Shown piece after piece: positions 21,042 to 31,141 of a stretch of DNA of 49,888 bases. The DNA lies in NCBI GenBank assembly GCA_038318315.1, contig JBBQCA010000001.1, forward strand, positions 1 to 49,888, in the 5' to 3' direction. Every line of letters starts with the position of its first letter. Positions within the stretch are counted from its first letter, which is position 1. The translations under genes were made by a program, and so were the position numbers. The notes beneath the pieces are model-generated. The model saw only the letters and a program-made list of their open reading frames with translations, was not told where the DNA came from and searched no databases. The DNA comes from Burkholderiales bacterium (GTDB taxonomy: Bacteria; Pseudomonadota; Gammaproteobacteria; Burkholderiales; Burkholderiaceae_D).

Positions 21042-23435
21042 ATGATGTCCGCCTTCTTTCCAGTCGTTCCATTCGGTACGCCTTTAGCGACGCGCGCCAT
21101 CCGCGCATTCTGCTTCGCGCTTTGTGCGGCGCTGGTCGCGGCATGCGGTTCAGGCGGTGGAGGAGGCGGTAGCGGCGGTGGGGCGTCCGGTGGTCTCGCG
21201 GCGGTTGCGCCGGTCATCGTCGCGCAGCCCGCGCCCCTCAGCGTAAAGGACGCGCAGAGCGCGAGCTTCACCGTAACCGCGGTCGGAACCGGTCCGCTTT
21301 CGTATCAGTGGCAGCGCGACGGAATCGCAATCGCCGGGGCCACGGCCCCTACGTTCACCATCCCGGCCGTCCAGATAAGCGACAACGGCGCCGTCTTCAC
21401 GGTCGTCGTCAGCAACACGGCGGGCAGCGTACAAAGCCAGTCTTCCATGCTTACCGTCATTCAGGCAGCGCGAACCATCGCGCTACTGGCGGGCAACGCC
21501 GGCGGTCCCGGTTCGATCGATGGGACCGGCGGCACGGCGCGCCTGCTTTCGCCCACCGGAGCCGCAGTCGACACCGGTGGCACGCTCTACTTCGCCGATG
21601 GCACCACGATTCGCAAGGTCACTGCGGCGGGCGTGGTCACGACCTTCGCCGGAACCCCGAACACGACAGGCGCGGCTGACGGATTGGGTACCGCTGCCTC
21701 CTTCAGTTCACCGATCGGCGTCGCGGTCGACGGTTCGGGAAATGTATTTGTCGCCGACAGCCTGAACAACACGATACGGGAGATCACCCCGGCCGGCGCA
21801 GTGACGACGTTTGCCGGACGTGCGGGCGTCGCGGGCGCGAGCAATGGAAGTGCCGCGTCCGCAACCTTCAACACGCCTGCGGGGGTCGCGGTCGACAGCG
21901 CCGGAAACGTCTACGTCTCCGATACCGGCAATCAACTGATTCGCAAGATCAGCGCGAGCGGCGTCGTGACGACGTTGGCGGGATCGGTGGGCGTCGCGGG
22001 ATCGTCCGACGGTACCGGCAGTGCGGCGATGTTCAATTTGCCGGCGCAGATCGCAGTCGATGGTTCGTCGAACATCTTGGTCGTCGACTCGGGCAACAGC
22101 ACGATTCGCAAAGTGAGTGCCGCCGGCGTGGTGACGACTCTTGCCGGTTCACCCGGCAGCTTCGGGGCCAGGGATGGTACCGGCAGCGCGGCGAGTTTCA
22201 ACGCACCGACCGGCCTCGCGCTGGACAGCGCGGGGAACGTCTATGTCGGCGATGGGGGAAACAAGACGATACGCAAGATCACGCCTGCCGGCGTGGTCAC
22301 GACGCTGGCTGGAACGCCCGGCGCGAACGGCTCTGCCGATGGGACCGGCAGCGCGGCCTCCTTCTCGAATCCGTTCGCGCTCTCGAGCGACGCGAGCGGC
22401 ACGCTCTACGTGACCGATCGCGAAAACAATACGATTCGGAAAATCACTTCCGCGGGCGCGGTCTCCACGTTCGTCGGCGCGCCCAAGATTCAGGGGTCCG
22501 CGGACGGGTCCGGCGTCGCAGCAACGTTCAACGTGCCCATCGGCGTGGCGGTCGATGCAGCGAACAACGTGTACGTGGGGGACTTTTTCAACTCGACCGT
22601 CCGCAAGATCACGCCCAACGGCGTCGTCACGACATTCGCGGGAGCAGCGGGCCAGACGGGCGCGGCGGACGGTCTGGGCAGCGCCGCCCGATTCGTGACT
22701 CCACAAGGCGTGGCGGTCGACGGCGCGGGCAACGTGTATGTCGCCGACAAGTCGGCCAACACCATCAGGAAGATCAGCCCCGCGGGAAGCGTTTCCACCC
22801 TGGCCGGATCGCCGGGCGTCAGCGGAGCGACCGATGGCGTGGGCGCTGCTGCGACCTTCAGCCAGCCGACCAGCATCGCGGTCAGCGCGGCGGGCGACCT
22901 GTACGTCTCCGACAACAATTCCGTCATCAGGAAGGTCAGCGCGACCGGAGTCGTCACGACGTTTGCAGGGGCTGCCGGTCGTGCCGGATCGACCGACGGT
23001 CCCGGCAGCGTGGCTTCGTTCAGATTCATCCAGGGTCTTGCCTTTGACCCGTCGGGGACTCTCTACGTCGCCGACGCCGGCAACAACCTGATTCGTCGGA
23101 TCAATGCGGGTGGCACGGTCACGACGGTGGCGGGTACCTCGGGCGTTGCCGGAAGCACCGACGGTCCGTCCTCATCGGCGCTGTTTTCGTTCCCCACCGG
23201 TGTCGTCGCGGATCGTGCCGGAAATGTCTATGTCGCCGATTTTTTCGGTCCGACCATACGCAGGATCGACACCGCAGGGAACGTGACGACGGTGGCGGGG
23301 ATAGCGGACGGGCGGCGCGGCGTTCGTCCGGGCTCTTTGCCGGGGCACTTCGACGCGCCGGTCGGAATCGCGATCGATAGCGCCGGCAATCTCTATGTCA
23401 CCGATGCCAACGGCGTCCTGAGAATTACCTTCTGA
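21042..23435 (+). CDS. Lipoprotein with Ig-like domain and 12 NHL repeats (two predicted beta-propellers)
   Basis: AAGGA RBS, lipobox VAAC plus Gly/Ser linker, Ig strands PVIVAQP..YQWQRDG, and 12 copies of the ~55 aa unit F..P.G.AVD..GNVYV.D..N..IRKI...G.VTT.AG. Confidence 0.88.
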   Translation: MMSAFFPVVPFGTPLATRAIRAFCFALCAALVAACGSGGGGGGSGGGASGGLAAVAPVIVAQPAPLSVKDAQSASFTVTAVGTGPLSYQWQRDGIAIAGATAPTFTIPAVQISDNGAVFTVVVSNTAGSVQSQSSMLTVIQAARTIALLAGNAGGPGSIDGTGGTARLLSPTGAAVDTGGTLYFADGTTIRKVTAAGVVTTFAGTPNTTGAADGLGTAASFSSPIGVAVDGSGNVFVADSLNNTIREITPAGAVTTFAGRAGVAGASNGSAASATFNTPAGVAVDSAGNVYVSDTGNQLIRKISASGVVTTLAGSVGVAGSSDGTGSAAMFNLPAQIAVDGSSNILVVDSGNSTIRKVSAAGVVTTLAGSPGSFGARDGTGSAASFNAPTGLALDSAGNVYVGDGGNKTIRKITPAGVVTTLAGTPGANGSADGTGSAASFSNPFALSSDASGTLYVTDRENNTIRKITSAGAVSTFVGAPKIQGSADGSGVAATFNVPIGVAVDAANNVYVGDFFNSTVRKITPNGVVTTFAGAAGQTGAADGLGSAARFVTPQGVAVDGAGNVYVADKSANTIRKISPAGSVSTLAGSPGVSGATDGVGAAATFSQPTSIAVSAAGDLYVSDNNSVIRKVSATGVVTTFAGAAGRAGSTDGPGSVASFRFIQGLAFDPSGTLYVADAGNNLIRRINAGGTVTTVAGTSGVAGSTDGPSSSALFSFPTGVVADRAGNVYVADFFGPTIRRIDTAGNVTTVAGIADGRRGVRPGSLPGHFDAPVGIAIDSAGNLYVTDANGVLRITF

Positions 23436-23442
23436 TCGACTC

Positions 23443-23471
23443 AAAAAAGAGGCCGCTCGAAAGCGGCCTCT
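23443..23471 (-). terminator. Rho-independent terminator after the ABC solute-binding gene
   Basis: Perfect 10-bp stem AGAGGCCGCT-TTCG-AGCGGCCTCT followed by a T-run on the - strand, between convergent genes. Confidence 0.88.
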
Positions 23472-23493
23472 ACTCTATTGACTCCCTCGGTCA

Positions 23494-24717
23494 TCACTTG
23501 CCGAGCACGTCTCCGAACAGCACCCACTGCTTGCCGTCGAAGCGCGCAAGCTGCGCCTGCTCGAAGGGCGAGTAATCGGTGGCGCCGGTATTGACCGCGA
23601 TGCCCGGCAACATCATCGGCAGCTTCAAGTCCTTCAAATTGGCGGCCTGCTTCATCACGTTCTCGCGCGTCAGGTCGTCGCCGCACTGCTTCAACACCTG
23701 CACCATGATCTGCGCGGCGAGATAACCGTAGGTATTGCTCGCGTCTTTCAGATTGCCTTCCGGGTAGTACTTGGCCATGAACGCGGCCCATTCCTTCATT
23801 GCCGGATCATCCTTCCACTGCGGGTCGGTGGGGTCCTTGTAGTACTCGATCGTGATCAGGCCTTCGGATTTTTCCAGGCCCGCCGGAGTCAACACCGCGC
23901 CGACCGACGCTGCGACGTTGTTGATGATGTGCAGCGGCTTCCATCCCGAGTCATAGACCTTTCGCACCGCCTGCGCGCCGAACTTGGGCGTGGTGATGTT
24001 CACGAAGGTGTCTGCGCCAGATCCCTTCAACGTGAGGATTTGCGAATCGACCGTGGGGTCGGTCACTTCATAGGTCGCTTCGGCCACGATCATTTTCGCG
24101 GCTGCTGCGCCCAGGCCTTCCTTCAACCCATTGAGCACGTCCTTGCCGTAGTCGTCGTTCTGATAGAGCACCGCGATCTTGGCGTTGGGCTTGTTCTTCA
24201 GCAGGTACTTCGCGTAGATCTGACCCTCGGTCTCGTAGCTGATGTTCAGGCCCATGGTCCACGGATTGTTCTTCGGGTCGGCCCACTTGCTCGCGCCGGT
24301 TGCGAGGAACAGGTGCGGCACCTTCTTCGCGTTCATGTACTTGTGGATCGCCGAATTGCTAGGCGTGCCCAGCGTCTGGAACGTGAACAGCACGTTGTCC
24401 TGCTCGACCAGCTTTCTGATCTGTTCGACCGTCTTGGGCGGGCTGTAGCCGTCGTCCTCGCTCAGGAGAACGAGCTTCCTGCCGTTGATGCCGCCTTCGT
24501 CGTTGATCTTCTTGAAGTAGGCCGTCTCGACCTTGCCGATCGTGCCATAAGCCGATGCGGGCCCGCTGTACGGCATGGTCTGGCCGATCTTGATTTCGGT
24601 GTCGGTGGCACCGGGCCCATATTTCTTTTGCGCGGCAGCCGGCGTCGCCGCGAGCGCTAAGGTCATGGCCGCGATGGACCAGGCGAGGGACAAGAAACAA
24701 GTTGATCGTGATTTCAT
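23494..24717 (-). CDS. Liv-type (HAAT family) ABC transporter substrate-binding protein
   Basis: Signal peptide, IKIGQTMPYSGPASAYG, GGINGRK, DDGYSPPKT and YQNDDYGKD. AAGGAG RBS. Confidence 0.92.
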   Translation of the reverse strand: MKSRSTCFLSLAWSIAAMTLALAATPAAAQKKYGPGATDTEIKIGQTMPYSGPASAYGTIGKVETAYFKKINDEGGINGRKLVLLSEDDGYSPPKTVEQIRKLVEQDNVLFTFQTLGTPSNSAIHKYMNAKKVPHLFLATGASKWADPKNNPWTMGLNISYETEGQIYAKYLLKNKPNAKIAVLYQNDDYGKDVLNGLKEGLGAAAAKMIVAEATYEVTDPTVDSQILTLKGSGADTFVNITTPKFGAQAVRKVYDSGWKPLHIINNVAASVGAVLTPAGLEKSEGLITIEYYKDPTDPQWKDDPAMKEWAAFMAKYYPEGNLKDASNTYGYLAAQIMVQVLKQCGDDLTRENVMKQAANLKDLKLPMMLPGIAVNTGATDYSPFEQAQLARFDGKQWVLFGDVLGK

Positions 24718-24842
24718 GTTGTCTCCTTCAAAGTTGCATTTGAGGACGTGTTGCAGAGTTCGCGCCTATGCATGGGATTCGAGAAAGTACGGAAGCATGG
24801 GTCGGGCATCGCGAATCTGATTGCGAGCCCGCCCAAGCTATG

Positions 24843-26504
24843 TCAATCAAGCTTCTCGAGCCACCGGTAATTACCCGCCTGTCCTGCGACCCTGTATTGC
24901 TTCTTCAGATAGTCGTCGAGCAGAGTGACATGACTGGAACGTGCGCTTTCGTTCGGCTCACGTACGCGATCGGTTCCCAGAAAGAGAACGACGACCCTCA
25001 CGTTCTTGCTTTCCAAATCGTCGATGATCACTCGCTGCACCGATGCCGTTGTGACTTGTCCGGGATGCAGTTCGTGATACCGAGTGGCGCTATCGCGCTC
25101 GGCAAGAAAATAGAACAGGACGTCGTTGAGAAGGACCACGTCATGACGACCGTTGCCTACGAATATCTTTTCGCCCGGAGGAACATGCGCGCGAACGTAG
25201 TCGAGTGCGGCAGCCTGATCCGGTAGAACCAGCAATCCGCCAGCGCGGGGGAAATTCGCCGATCGGGAAAGCGCCGTCGAGTTTGCTCGCAAGCCTTCCT
25301 GCCATTTCAACTCCGTTTGCGCCGTATATATCGGAGCGGCCAACATGGCGAGAAACGCAATCGCCAATACCGCTCCGAAGGCGTGAAATAGCCAACCCCG
25401 TGGCAGCGCAGACCACACCACGGCCCCGAGCAGGAAGCTCAGAATCATTACGTGAATGAGGTGCGCGAGTTGCGGCCTCACCAAGGACTTCAGGAACATC
25501 AGTCCGACCAGCAATGCGAGAAAAAGCACGACCTTGCGGACTTGCGCATATTTCTCCGGCGGCATCGAATGCTGCGCACCAACCAGAAATAAAACGGCGA
25601 TCGCGAGGATCACAAAATGAAAGTAAAAAGGAAAAATAGTTTCCGGTGAGCCGCTGAAGATGGTCGGATAAGGTAGCGACCGGACGGCGGGATATACGGT
25701 CGCCAGGAAGACGATCAACTGATCGAACACATCGGCTGCGGGCGCTTCTGCCGCCAAGTAAAGAACCAGGGGCAAGGCGCCAACGGCGACGCCGGCGCCA
25801 AGCGCAATTCCCATGTGCAGAAGATTCGATGGGCGATTGGCATTCGACCGGACGGCGTCGCGTTCGATAAAGTGCACGCCGAATACCGCCAGGCCTTCGG
25901 CAATGAAAACGTAGAAGGCGATGTCGTGGCGGAAAGCAACGAGCAGCCCCGTGAACAACCCCGTCATGAACAGGTTTCGAATGACCGATTGGTTATGCAG
26001 GAAGCCGATGAAAAACCACACGCTGGCCAGCGTCAGCAATAGCGCGGGGATCAGGGGATAGCCGTAAAAGCGGATGCCCTGCAGCCACACGACACTCATG
26101 ACCGCCGTCAGCAGCGCGTAACGCCGCGGGGCCAGCCGCGCGGTGATCAGGTAGCCGAGCAATACGATTGCTGCGCGCAGCGCGATATCCCAGGCGCGCT
26201 CGACGGCCAGCGACGATCCGAACAACTTGAAGAGCGCGGCGATCGCCAGGAGTTGCCCGGGTGGATAAAGCACCCAGAAATCTCGATAGGGAAGGTCTCC
26301 CTGCAGGATCCGTTGCGCCCCGTATGCAATCACGCCTTCGTCGTAGAAATTGAAGGCAGTAGGGTCTCGACGCAGCCACAGGAACGCCAGCGACACGCCG
26401 AATACAAGCGCGCCCCAGAGCCACTTTCCCGGGAGCCACTGCCGCTTCCCGGCCACCTCGACGGGCAAGCGGGCAAGCTTGTTTTCCGGAATCACGTCTT
26501 GCAT
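24843..26504 (-). CDS. GT-C fold polyprenyl-phosphosugar-dependent glycosyltransferase (ArnT/PMT-like)
   Basis: N-terminal TM, then DEG motif and YRDFWVLYPPG, about 11-13 TM segments and a soluble C-terminal domain. Confidence 0.72.
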   Translation of the reverse strand: MQDVIPENKLARLPVEVAGKRQWLPGKWLWGALVFGVSLAFLWLRRDPTAFNFYDEGVIAYGAQRILQGDLPYRDFWVLYPPGQLLAIAALFKLFGSSLAVERAWDIALRAAIVLLGYLITARLAPRRYALLTAVMSVVWLQGIRFYGYPLIPALLLTLASVWFFIGFLHNQSVIRNLFMTGLFTGLLVAFRHDIAFYVFIAEGLAVFGVHFIERDAVRSNANRPSNLLHMGIALGAGVAVGALPLVLYLAAEAPAADVFDQLIVFLATVYPAVRSLPYPTIFSGSPETIFPFYFHFVILAIAVLFLVGAQHSMPPEKYAQVRKVVLFLALLVGLMFLKSLVRPQLAHLIHVMILSFLLGAVVWSALPRGWLFHAFGAVLAIAFLAMLAAPIYTAQTELKWQEGLRANSTALSRSANFPRAGGLLVLPDQAAALDYVRAHVPPGEKIFVGNGRHDVVLLNDVLFYFLAERDSATRYHELHPGQVTTASVQRVIIDDLESKNVRVVVLFLGTDRVREPNESARSSHVTLLDDYLKKQYRVAGQAGNYRWLEKLD

Positions 26505-27421
26505 GTCGCTCCCTTGCGCGCGAGCTCGTCGCGCCACCACGCCACGCTTCGCCGAATTCCGGATTCGAGTGTGAAGGAAGACGAGAAATGGACCTCGTCA
26601 TTCAAGCGGCGCGTATCGGCTGCGATGCGATCCGGCTCTCCCGGAACCGCGGGCCTCGCACCCCAGCGGATCAGATGCGATCGCTCGGTCACGGCGCCGA
26701 TCATGCGAACGACTTCGCTGACCGGTCGCGCGCTTCCCGATGCGATGTTGACCGGTCCCTCTACCGCGCCCGACAGCAGCGCGACGAGTGCATCGGCCAC
26801 GTCGTCCACATACATGAAATCGCGCAGTTGACGGCCTTCGGTGCAAGCAACCTCGCGATTGTTCAGCAAGGACTCGATGACCGACGAGACCAATCGACCG
26901 GGACGTTCATGTTCGCCGTACATGAAGAACAGCCTCGCCCATGCCATCGACAGACCGGTGCGGGCCGCAAGCGATTCCACCGCCTTGTGGAGTTCGAGCT
27001 TGCAGCGACCATAGAACGTCGCGGGCAGCAAGGGCGTGACGAACTCCGTGCAGACTTCGCCGGTCCACGCGTATTCGGCGCACGTGCCCGCGATTACCGC
27101 ACGCGATCCGCCCGCTTCGACGAACGCTTCGACCAGCGCCTTGCCGGCTTCGACCCAGAGCGCATTTTCGGCGGCGGTCCAGAATTTTCCGGGGAGCGCG
27201 TACCACGCCAGATGCAGGAGATGCGTCGGTCGAACGGCGTTCACGAGGGCCAGCGTGGCGGCCGGGTCGAGCAGGTCGCAGGCATGGGGCACGACACCGG
27301 GTAACGCCCACCCGCCGGGCGCCGACCTGCTCACCGCGTGCACTTCGAATGCGCGGTCCAACAGATGCTGTTGAGTCTTCCGGCCGACAAAACCGCCGGC
27401 TCCCGTAAGCAGGACACGCAT
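26492..27421 (-). CDS. NAD-dependent epimerase/dehydratase-family protein, probable NDP-4-keto-6-deoxyhexose 4-reductase
   Basis: TGAGGFVG, HLAW, TCAEY, YGRCK (YxxxK) and RDFMYVDD. Confidence 0.82.
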   Translation of the reverse strand: MRVLLTGAGGFVGRKTQQHLLDRAFEVHAVSRSAPGGWALPGVVPHACDLLDPAATLALVNAVRPTHLLHLAWYALPGKFWTAAENALWVEAGKALVEAFVEAGGSRAVIAGTCAEYAWTGEVCTEFVTPLLPATFYGRCKLELHKAVESLAARTGLSMAWARLFFMYGEHERPGRLVSSVIESLLNNREVACTEGRQLRDFMYVDDVADALVALLSGAVEGPVNIASGSARPVSEVVRMIGAVTERSHLIRWGARPAVPGEPDRIAADTRRLNDEVHFSSSFTLESGIRRSVAWWRDELARKGATCKT

Positions 27422-27432
27422 GATCGGCAACG

Positions 27433-27960
27433 TCAGAAGAAATCCGGAAACTTCGCGTCGCGTTCCGAAATGATCGGTCGACTCACCGGCCAGACGATGC
27501 CGAAGGCCGGGTCGTTCCAGCGCACTCCGGTGGCCAAGTCAGGTCGATGGCGCTCGCTCATCTGGTAGAACACTTCGGCGGAGGGAGTCAGCGTCACGAA
27601 GCCATGCGCGAATCCGGAAGGGACATAGACGGCGCGCCGGTTATCGCTATTGAGTTCCACGCCGAACCACCTGCGAAACTGCAACGAATCCCGGCGCAGA
27701 TCGACCATCACGTCATAAATCGTACCCGCAGTGCATCGAACCAGTTTGGCCTCTCCGAAAGGCTCGCGCTGAAAATGCATTCCGCGCAGCGTACCGGTCT
27801 TTTCATTGAAGGAAAGATTGCACTGCGGGAATTCATGACAAAGCCCGCGCTCGGAAAATTCGTCGCTGCAGAAAGTGCGCGCAAAGAAACCGCGCTCGTC
27901 GGTTCGCGTTTGTATGTCGACCACGTACGCGCCCGCGAGCGGCGTCTCGACGAAGTCCAT
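27433..27960 (-). CDS. rfbC: RmlC/RfbC-family NDP-4-keto-6-deoxyhexose 3,5-epimerase
   Basis: DERGFFAR, GTLRGMHFQ, KLVRC, GFAHGF and WNDP. ATG overlaps the upstream stop. Confidence 0.9.
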   Translation of the reverse strand: MDFVETPLAGAYVVDIQTRTDERGFFARTFCSDEFSERGLCHEFPQCNLSFNEKTGTLRGMHFQREPFGEAKLVRCTAGTIYDVMVDLRRDSLQFRRWFGVELNSDNRRAVYVPSGFAHGFVTLTPSAEVFYQMSERHRPDLATGVRWNDPAFGIVWPVSRPIISERDAKFPDFF

Positions 27961-29201
27961 CAGAAACGCTCCAGCTTTGGCACCGGCACGACAAACTGTC
28001 CATTCCATTGCCGGATATCGCGCATCTGTTCCGCGATTTCATTTCTCAGATTCCAGGGAAGAATCAAGACGAAATCCGGACGCGTTTCGAAAATTCGCTC
28101 GGGCGGGTAAATAGGGATGCGCACGCCGGGCAGGTAATGCGATTGTTTATGCGGGCTGAGGTCGACCGTGTACTCCAGCAGTTCCGGCCCGACTCCGCAG
28201 TAATTCAGCAGCGTGTTGCCTTTGGCGGGAGCGCCATAGCCGACCACGCGCTGTCCGCTGCGTTTGGCGTCGATCAGGAACTCCAGCAGCCCAAGCTTGA
28301 TCTCCACCACCCGCTGCTGGAAATTCCGGTAGATCGCCATGTCCTCCAGTCCGGCCTGTTGCTCGCGCGAGCGTAGCGCCGGCACGCGGGCGCTCTCCGG
28401 TACGACGGTGTTCTCGCCCAGCCGCGCAAAAACCCGCAGCGACCCACCGTGCGTGGGCAGTTCCTCGACGTCGAATACCGTCAAGCCGTGACGGCTGAAG
28501 ATTTTTTGAACGACACCCAGCGACAGATAAGAAAAATGCTCGTGATAGATGGTGTCGAATTGGGACTGCTCGATCAAATTGAGCAAATGCGGGAATTCAA
28601 CAGTGACGATTCCTCGAGGTTTCAAAAGGCATCGCAAGCCCGCCACGAAATCATTGATATCCGGAACGTGCGCAAGAACATTGTTGACCGCAATCAAATC
28701 CGCGCAATGCCCGGCCTGGGCCAGTCGAGTCGCAGTAGCGACCGAAAAGAAACTCACATCGGTAGGAATGCCTTTTTGTTCCGCAACAGCGGCAACATTG
28801 GCTGCCGGTTCGATACCCAATATCGGTATGCCGGCCTGCGCGAAATACTGTAGAAGGTAGCCGTCATTGCTCGCTACCTCCACCACTTTCGATGCGCCGG
28901 TAAGGCCCAGTGTCTCGATCATCCGCGCCGAATAAACCTGGCAGTGCCGGAGCCAGCTTTCCGAATAGGAAGAAAAATAACTGTAGTCGCTGAATATGTG
29001 CTGCGGGCTTTCGAACTCCTGCAATTGCACCAGAAAGCATTGGTCGCACACATAAACCCGCAACGGATATGTCGTCTCCATCATCTGGAGCCGTGCCGGC
29101 GGAATCAGCGAGTTTGCAAGCGGTGACGTTCCCAGGTCCGCCATGATTTCGTGGAGCGGAGCGGAACAAAAGCGACATCGCGGTTGATTCTCTTTTTCCA
29201 T
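27960..29201 (-). CDS. NDP-hexose 3-C-methyltransferase (Zn-binding, SAM-dependent)
   Basis: CRFC..CDQC Zn site, EVASNDGYLL, NNVLAHV, DTIYHEHFSY, THGGSLR and GYGAPAKGNTLL. Confidence 0.88.
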   Translation of the reverse strand: MEKENQPRCRFCSAPLHEIMADLGTSPLANSLIPPARLQMMETTYPLRVYVCDQCFLVQLQEFESPQHIFSDYSYFSSYSESWLRHCQVYSARMIETLGLTGASKVVEVASNDGYLLQYFAQAGIPILGIEPAANVAAVAEQKGIPTDVSFFSVATATRLAQAGHCADLIAVNNVLAHVPDINDFVAGLRCLLKPRGIVTVEFPHLLNLIEQSQFDTIYHEHFSYLSLGVVQKIFSRHGLTVFDVEELPTHGGSLRVFARLGENTVVPESARVPALRSREQQAGLEDMAIYRNFQQRVVEIKLGLLEFLIDAKRSGQRVVGYGAPAKGNTLLNYCGVGPELLEYTVDLSPHKQSHYLPGVRIPIYPPERIFETRPDFVLILPWNLRNEIAEQMRDIRQWNGQFVVPVPKLERF

Positions 29202-29210
29202 TGCAGGATT

Positions 29211-30341
29211 TCAGTTCAGGAAGCGTTCGATTTGTGCTTTGGTGATCGTCTCGGCACTCTCGCCTTGCGAGACGCGCCGATACCAGTCCACCGTCCATTC
29301 AAGCGCGATACTCAAGGGAAGCGCCGGACGCCAGCCCAGGTCCTGCCGCGCCAGCGTGCAGTCGAGTTCCAGTCGCCCGGCTTCATGCGGTTGTCGCTCG
29401 GTCTCGAGGTCCACCGGCACGGGTGTGCCTCCGCGGCTACTCCACAACTCCACGACCCTGGCGACGACCGTCGCAACCGGCCAGGTATCGATTTCATCGG
29501 GTCCGAAATTCCAGCCGCGAGCAAACGTGCTCGTCTGTGCGCTCCTTTTCGCGTTCGTCTCGCCCCACAGTTTTTCGGCCAGCAACATGTAGCCGTTCAA
29601 TGGATCCAGAACGTGCTGCCAGGGACGAAGCGCGTCGGGATTGCGGATGCGAATCGCGTGGCCGGACAGCATCGCGCGTATGCAATCCGGCAACAACCTG
29701 TCCGTTGCCCAATCCCCTCCGCCGATGACGTTGCCGGCGCGGGCCGAGGCCAGCGCGACTTTGGGACCGGAAGGATCCGCCCCCGAAAAAAACGATTCCC
29801 GATAAGCCGATGTCACCAATTCAGCGCAGCCCTTGCTATTGCTGTAGGGATCTCTTCCCCCCAGACGGTCGCCTTCGCGATAACGGTGCTCTGCCTCGTC
29901 ATTTTCATAGCACTTGTCACTCGTGACGTTGATCACCGCGCAATCGAGCGCCAGTTCCCGCACGGCCTCGAGCAGGTGCACCGTACCCATGACATTGGTC
30001 GAATAAGTGGCAAGCGGATCGCGATAGGAATTGCGCACCAGCGACTGGGCGGCCAGGTGAAAAACGATGGCGGGTCGCAATTCCAGAAGCGTCGACCGGA
30101 GCGCAGCATAGTCGCGCACGTCGCCCCGCACATCGGCCCGCCCGTCACCTTTTCTCGAGACGAGATGCTTGCCGATCCCGGCCATCCGATAAAGGCTGGG
30201 GTCGGTCGGCGGTTCGAGCGCGAAGCCATGGACATCGGCGCCCAGCGCGTCCAGGCACAAACTCAACCAACTGCCCTTGAAGCCCGTATGTCCGGTGATC
30301 AAGACGGACTTGCCGCGCCAGAACGCGGGATCGGGCGTCAC
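29211..30341 (-). CDS. rfbG: CDP-glucose 4,6-dehydratase
   Basis: FWRGKSVLITGHTGFKGSWL, TSDKCY, DPYSNSK, RAGNVIGGGDW and RPWQHVL. GTG overlaps the rfbF stop. Confidence 0.94.
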   Translation of the reverse strand: MTPDPAFWRGKSVLITGHTGFKGSWLSLCLDALGADVHGFALEPPTDPSLYRMAGIGKHLVSRKGDGRADVRGDVRDYAALRSTLLELRPAIVFHLAAQSLVRNSYRDPLATYSTNVMGTVHLLEAVRELALDCAVINVTSDKCYENDEAEHRYREGDRLGGRDPYSNSKGCAELVTSAYRESFFSGADPSGPKVALASARAGNVIGGGDWATDRLLPDCIRAMLSGHAIRIRNPDALRPWQHVLDPLNGYMLLAEKLWGETNAKRSAQTSTFARGWNFGPDEIDTWPVATVVARVVELWSSRGGTPVPVDLETERQPHEAGRLELDCTLARQDLGWRPALPLSIALEWTVDWYRRVSQGESAETITKAQIERFLN

Positions 30342-31138
30342 CAGAGTTTCCAGGGCGGGCTGCCGCCGGACCAGAGCGATTCGAGCTGGCGTTTGTCGCG
30401 CAAGGTATCCATCGGTTGCCAGAAGCCCTCGTGCTTGAACACCGACAGCTGGTTCTCGTGCGCGAGCGTTTCCAGCGGCTCGTTTTCCCACGAAGTTTCG
30501 TCGCCGGCAATGTAGTCGAGACAGCGAGGCGACAAGACGAAAAACCCTCCGTTGATCCAGCCGCCGTCGCCGAGAGGCTTTTCCTTGAACGCGAGCACCG
30601 CATCGCCATCGATTTCCAGCGCGCCGAAGCGGCCCGGCGGACGCGCCGCCGTGACGGTCGCAAGACGCCCTTGCGCCCGATGAAAGTGTGTCAACTCGTC
30701 AAGCGCGACGTCGGCGAGGCCGTCCCCGTACGTGAAGTAGAAATCTTCGCCGCCGAGATAATCCCGAACTCTTTTCAGGCGGCCTCCGGTCATGGTGTCG
30801 CTGCCGGTATCGACGACCGTAATCTGCCAGGGCTCCGCTGAATTCTGCAAGATCTCGACTTTGTTATTGGCAAGGTCGAAGCGCACGTCCGATCCATGCA
30901 GAAAGTAATTGGCGAAGTATTCCTTGATCATGTAACTCTTGTACCCGGCGCATATGATGAATTCGCGCACGCCGAATGCCGAATAGAGTTTCATGATGTG
31001 CCAGAGTATTGGCTTTCCGCCAATCTCCACCATCGGTTTGGGTTTCAGCGATGTTTCCTCTGCCAGGCGAGTACCGAGGCCGCCCGCCAGAATCACTGCC
31101 TTGCGAATGTTCCCGCCAATGTTCCCGCCAATGTTCAC
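30338..31138 (-). CDS. rfbF: Glucose-1-phosphate cytidylyltransferase
   Basis: KAVILAGGLGTRL, PKPMVEIGG, TGGRLKR, INGGFF and FWQPMDTLRDK. Confidence 0.95.
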   Translation of the reverse strand: MNIGGNIGGNIRKAVILAGGLGTRLAEETSLKPKPMVEIGGKPILWHIMKLYSAFGVREFIICAGYKSYMIKEYFANYFLHGSDVRFDLANNKVEILQNSAEPWQITVVDTGSDTMTGGRLKRVRDYLGGEDFYFTYGDGLADVALDELTHFHRAQGRLATVTAARPPGRFGALEIDGDAVLAFKEKPLGDGGWINGGFFVLSPRCLDYIAGDETSWENEPLETLAHENQLSVFKHEGFWQPMDTLRDKRQLESLWSGGSPPWKLW

Positions 31139-31141
31139 GTA

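Noticed and set aside
21470-23432. Regular ~165-bp periodicity considered as a CRISPR or DGR-like array
   Set aside because: The repeats are conserved at protein level (NHL blades) and degenerate at DNA level, with no cas or reverse transcriptase gene.
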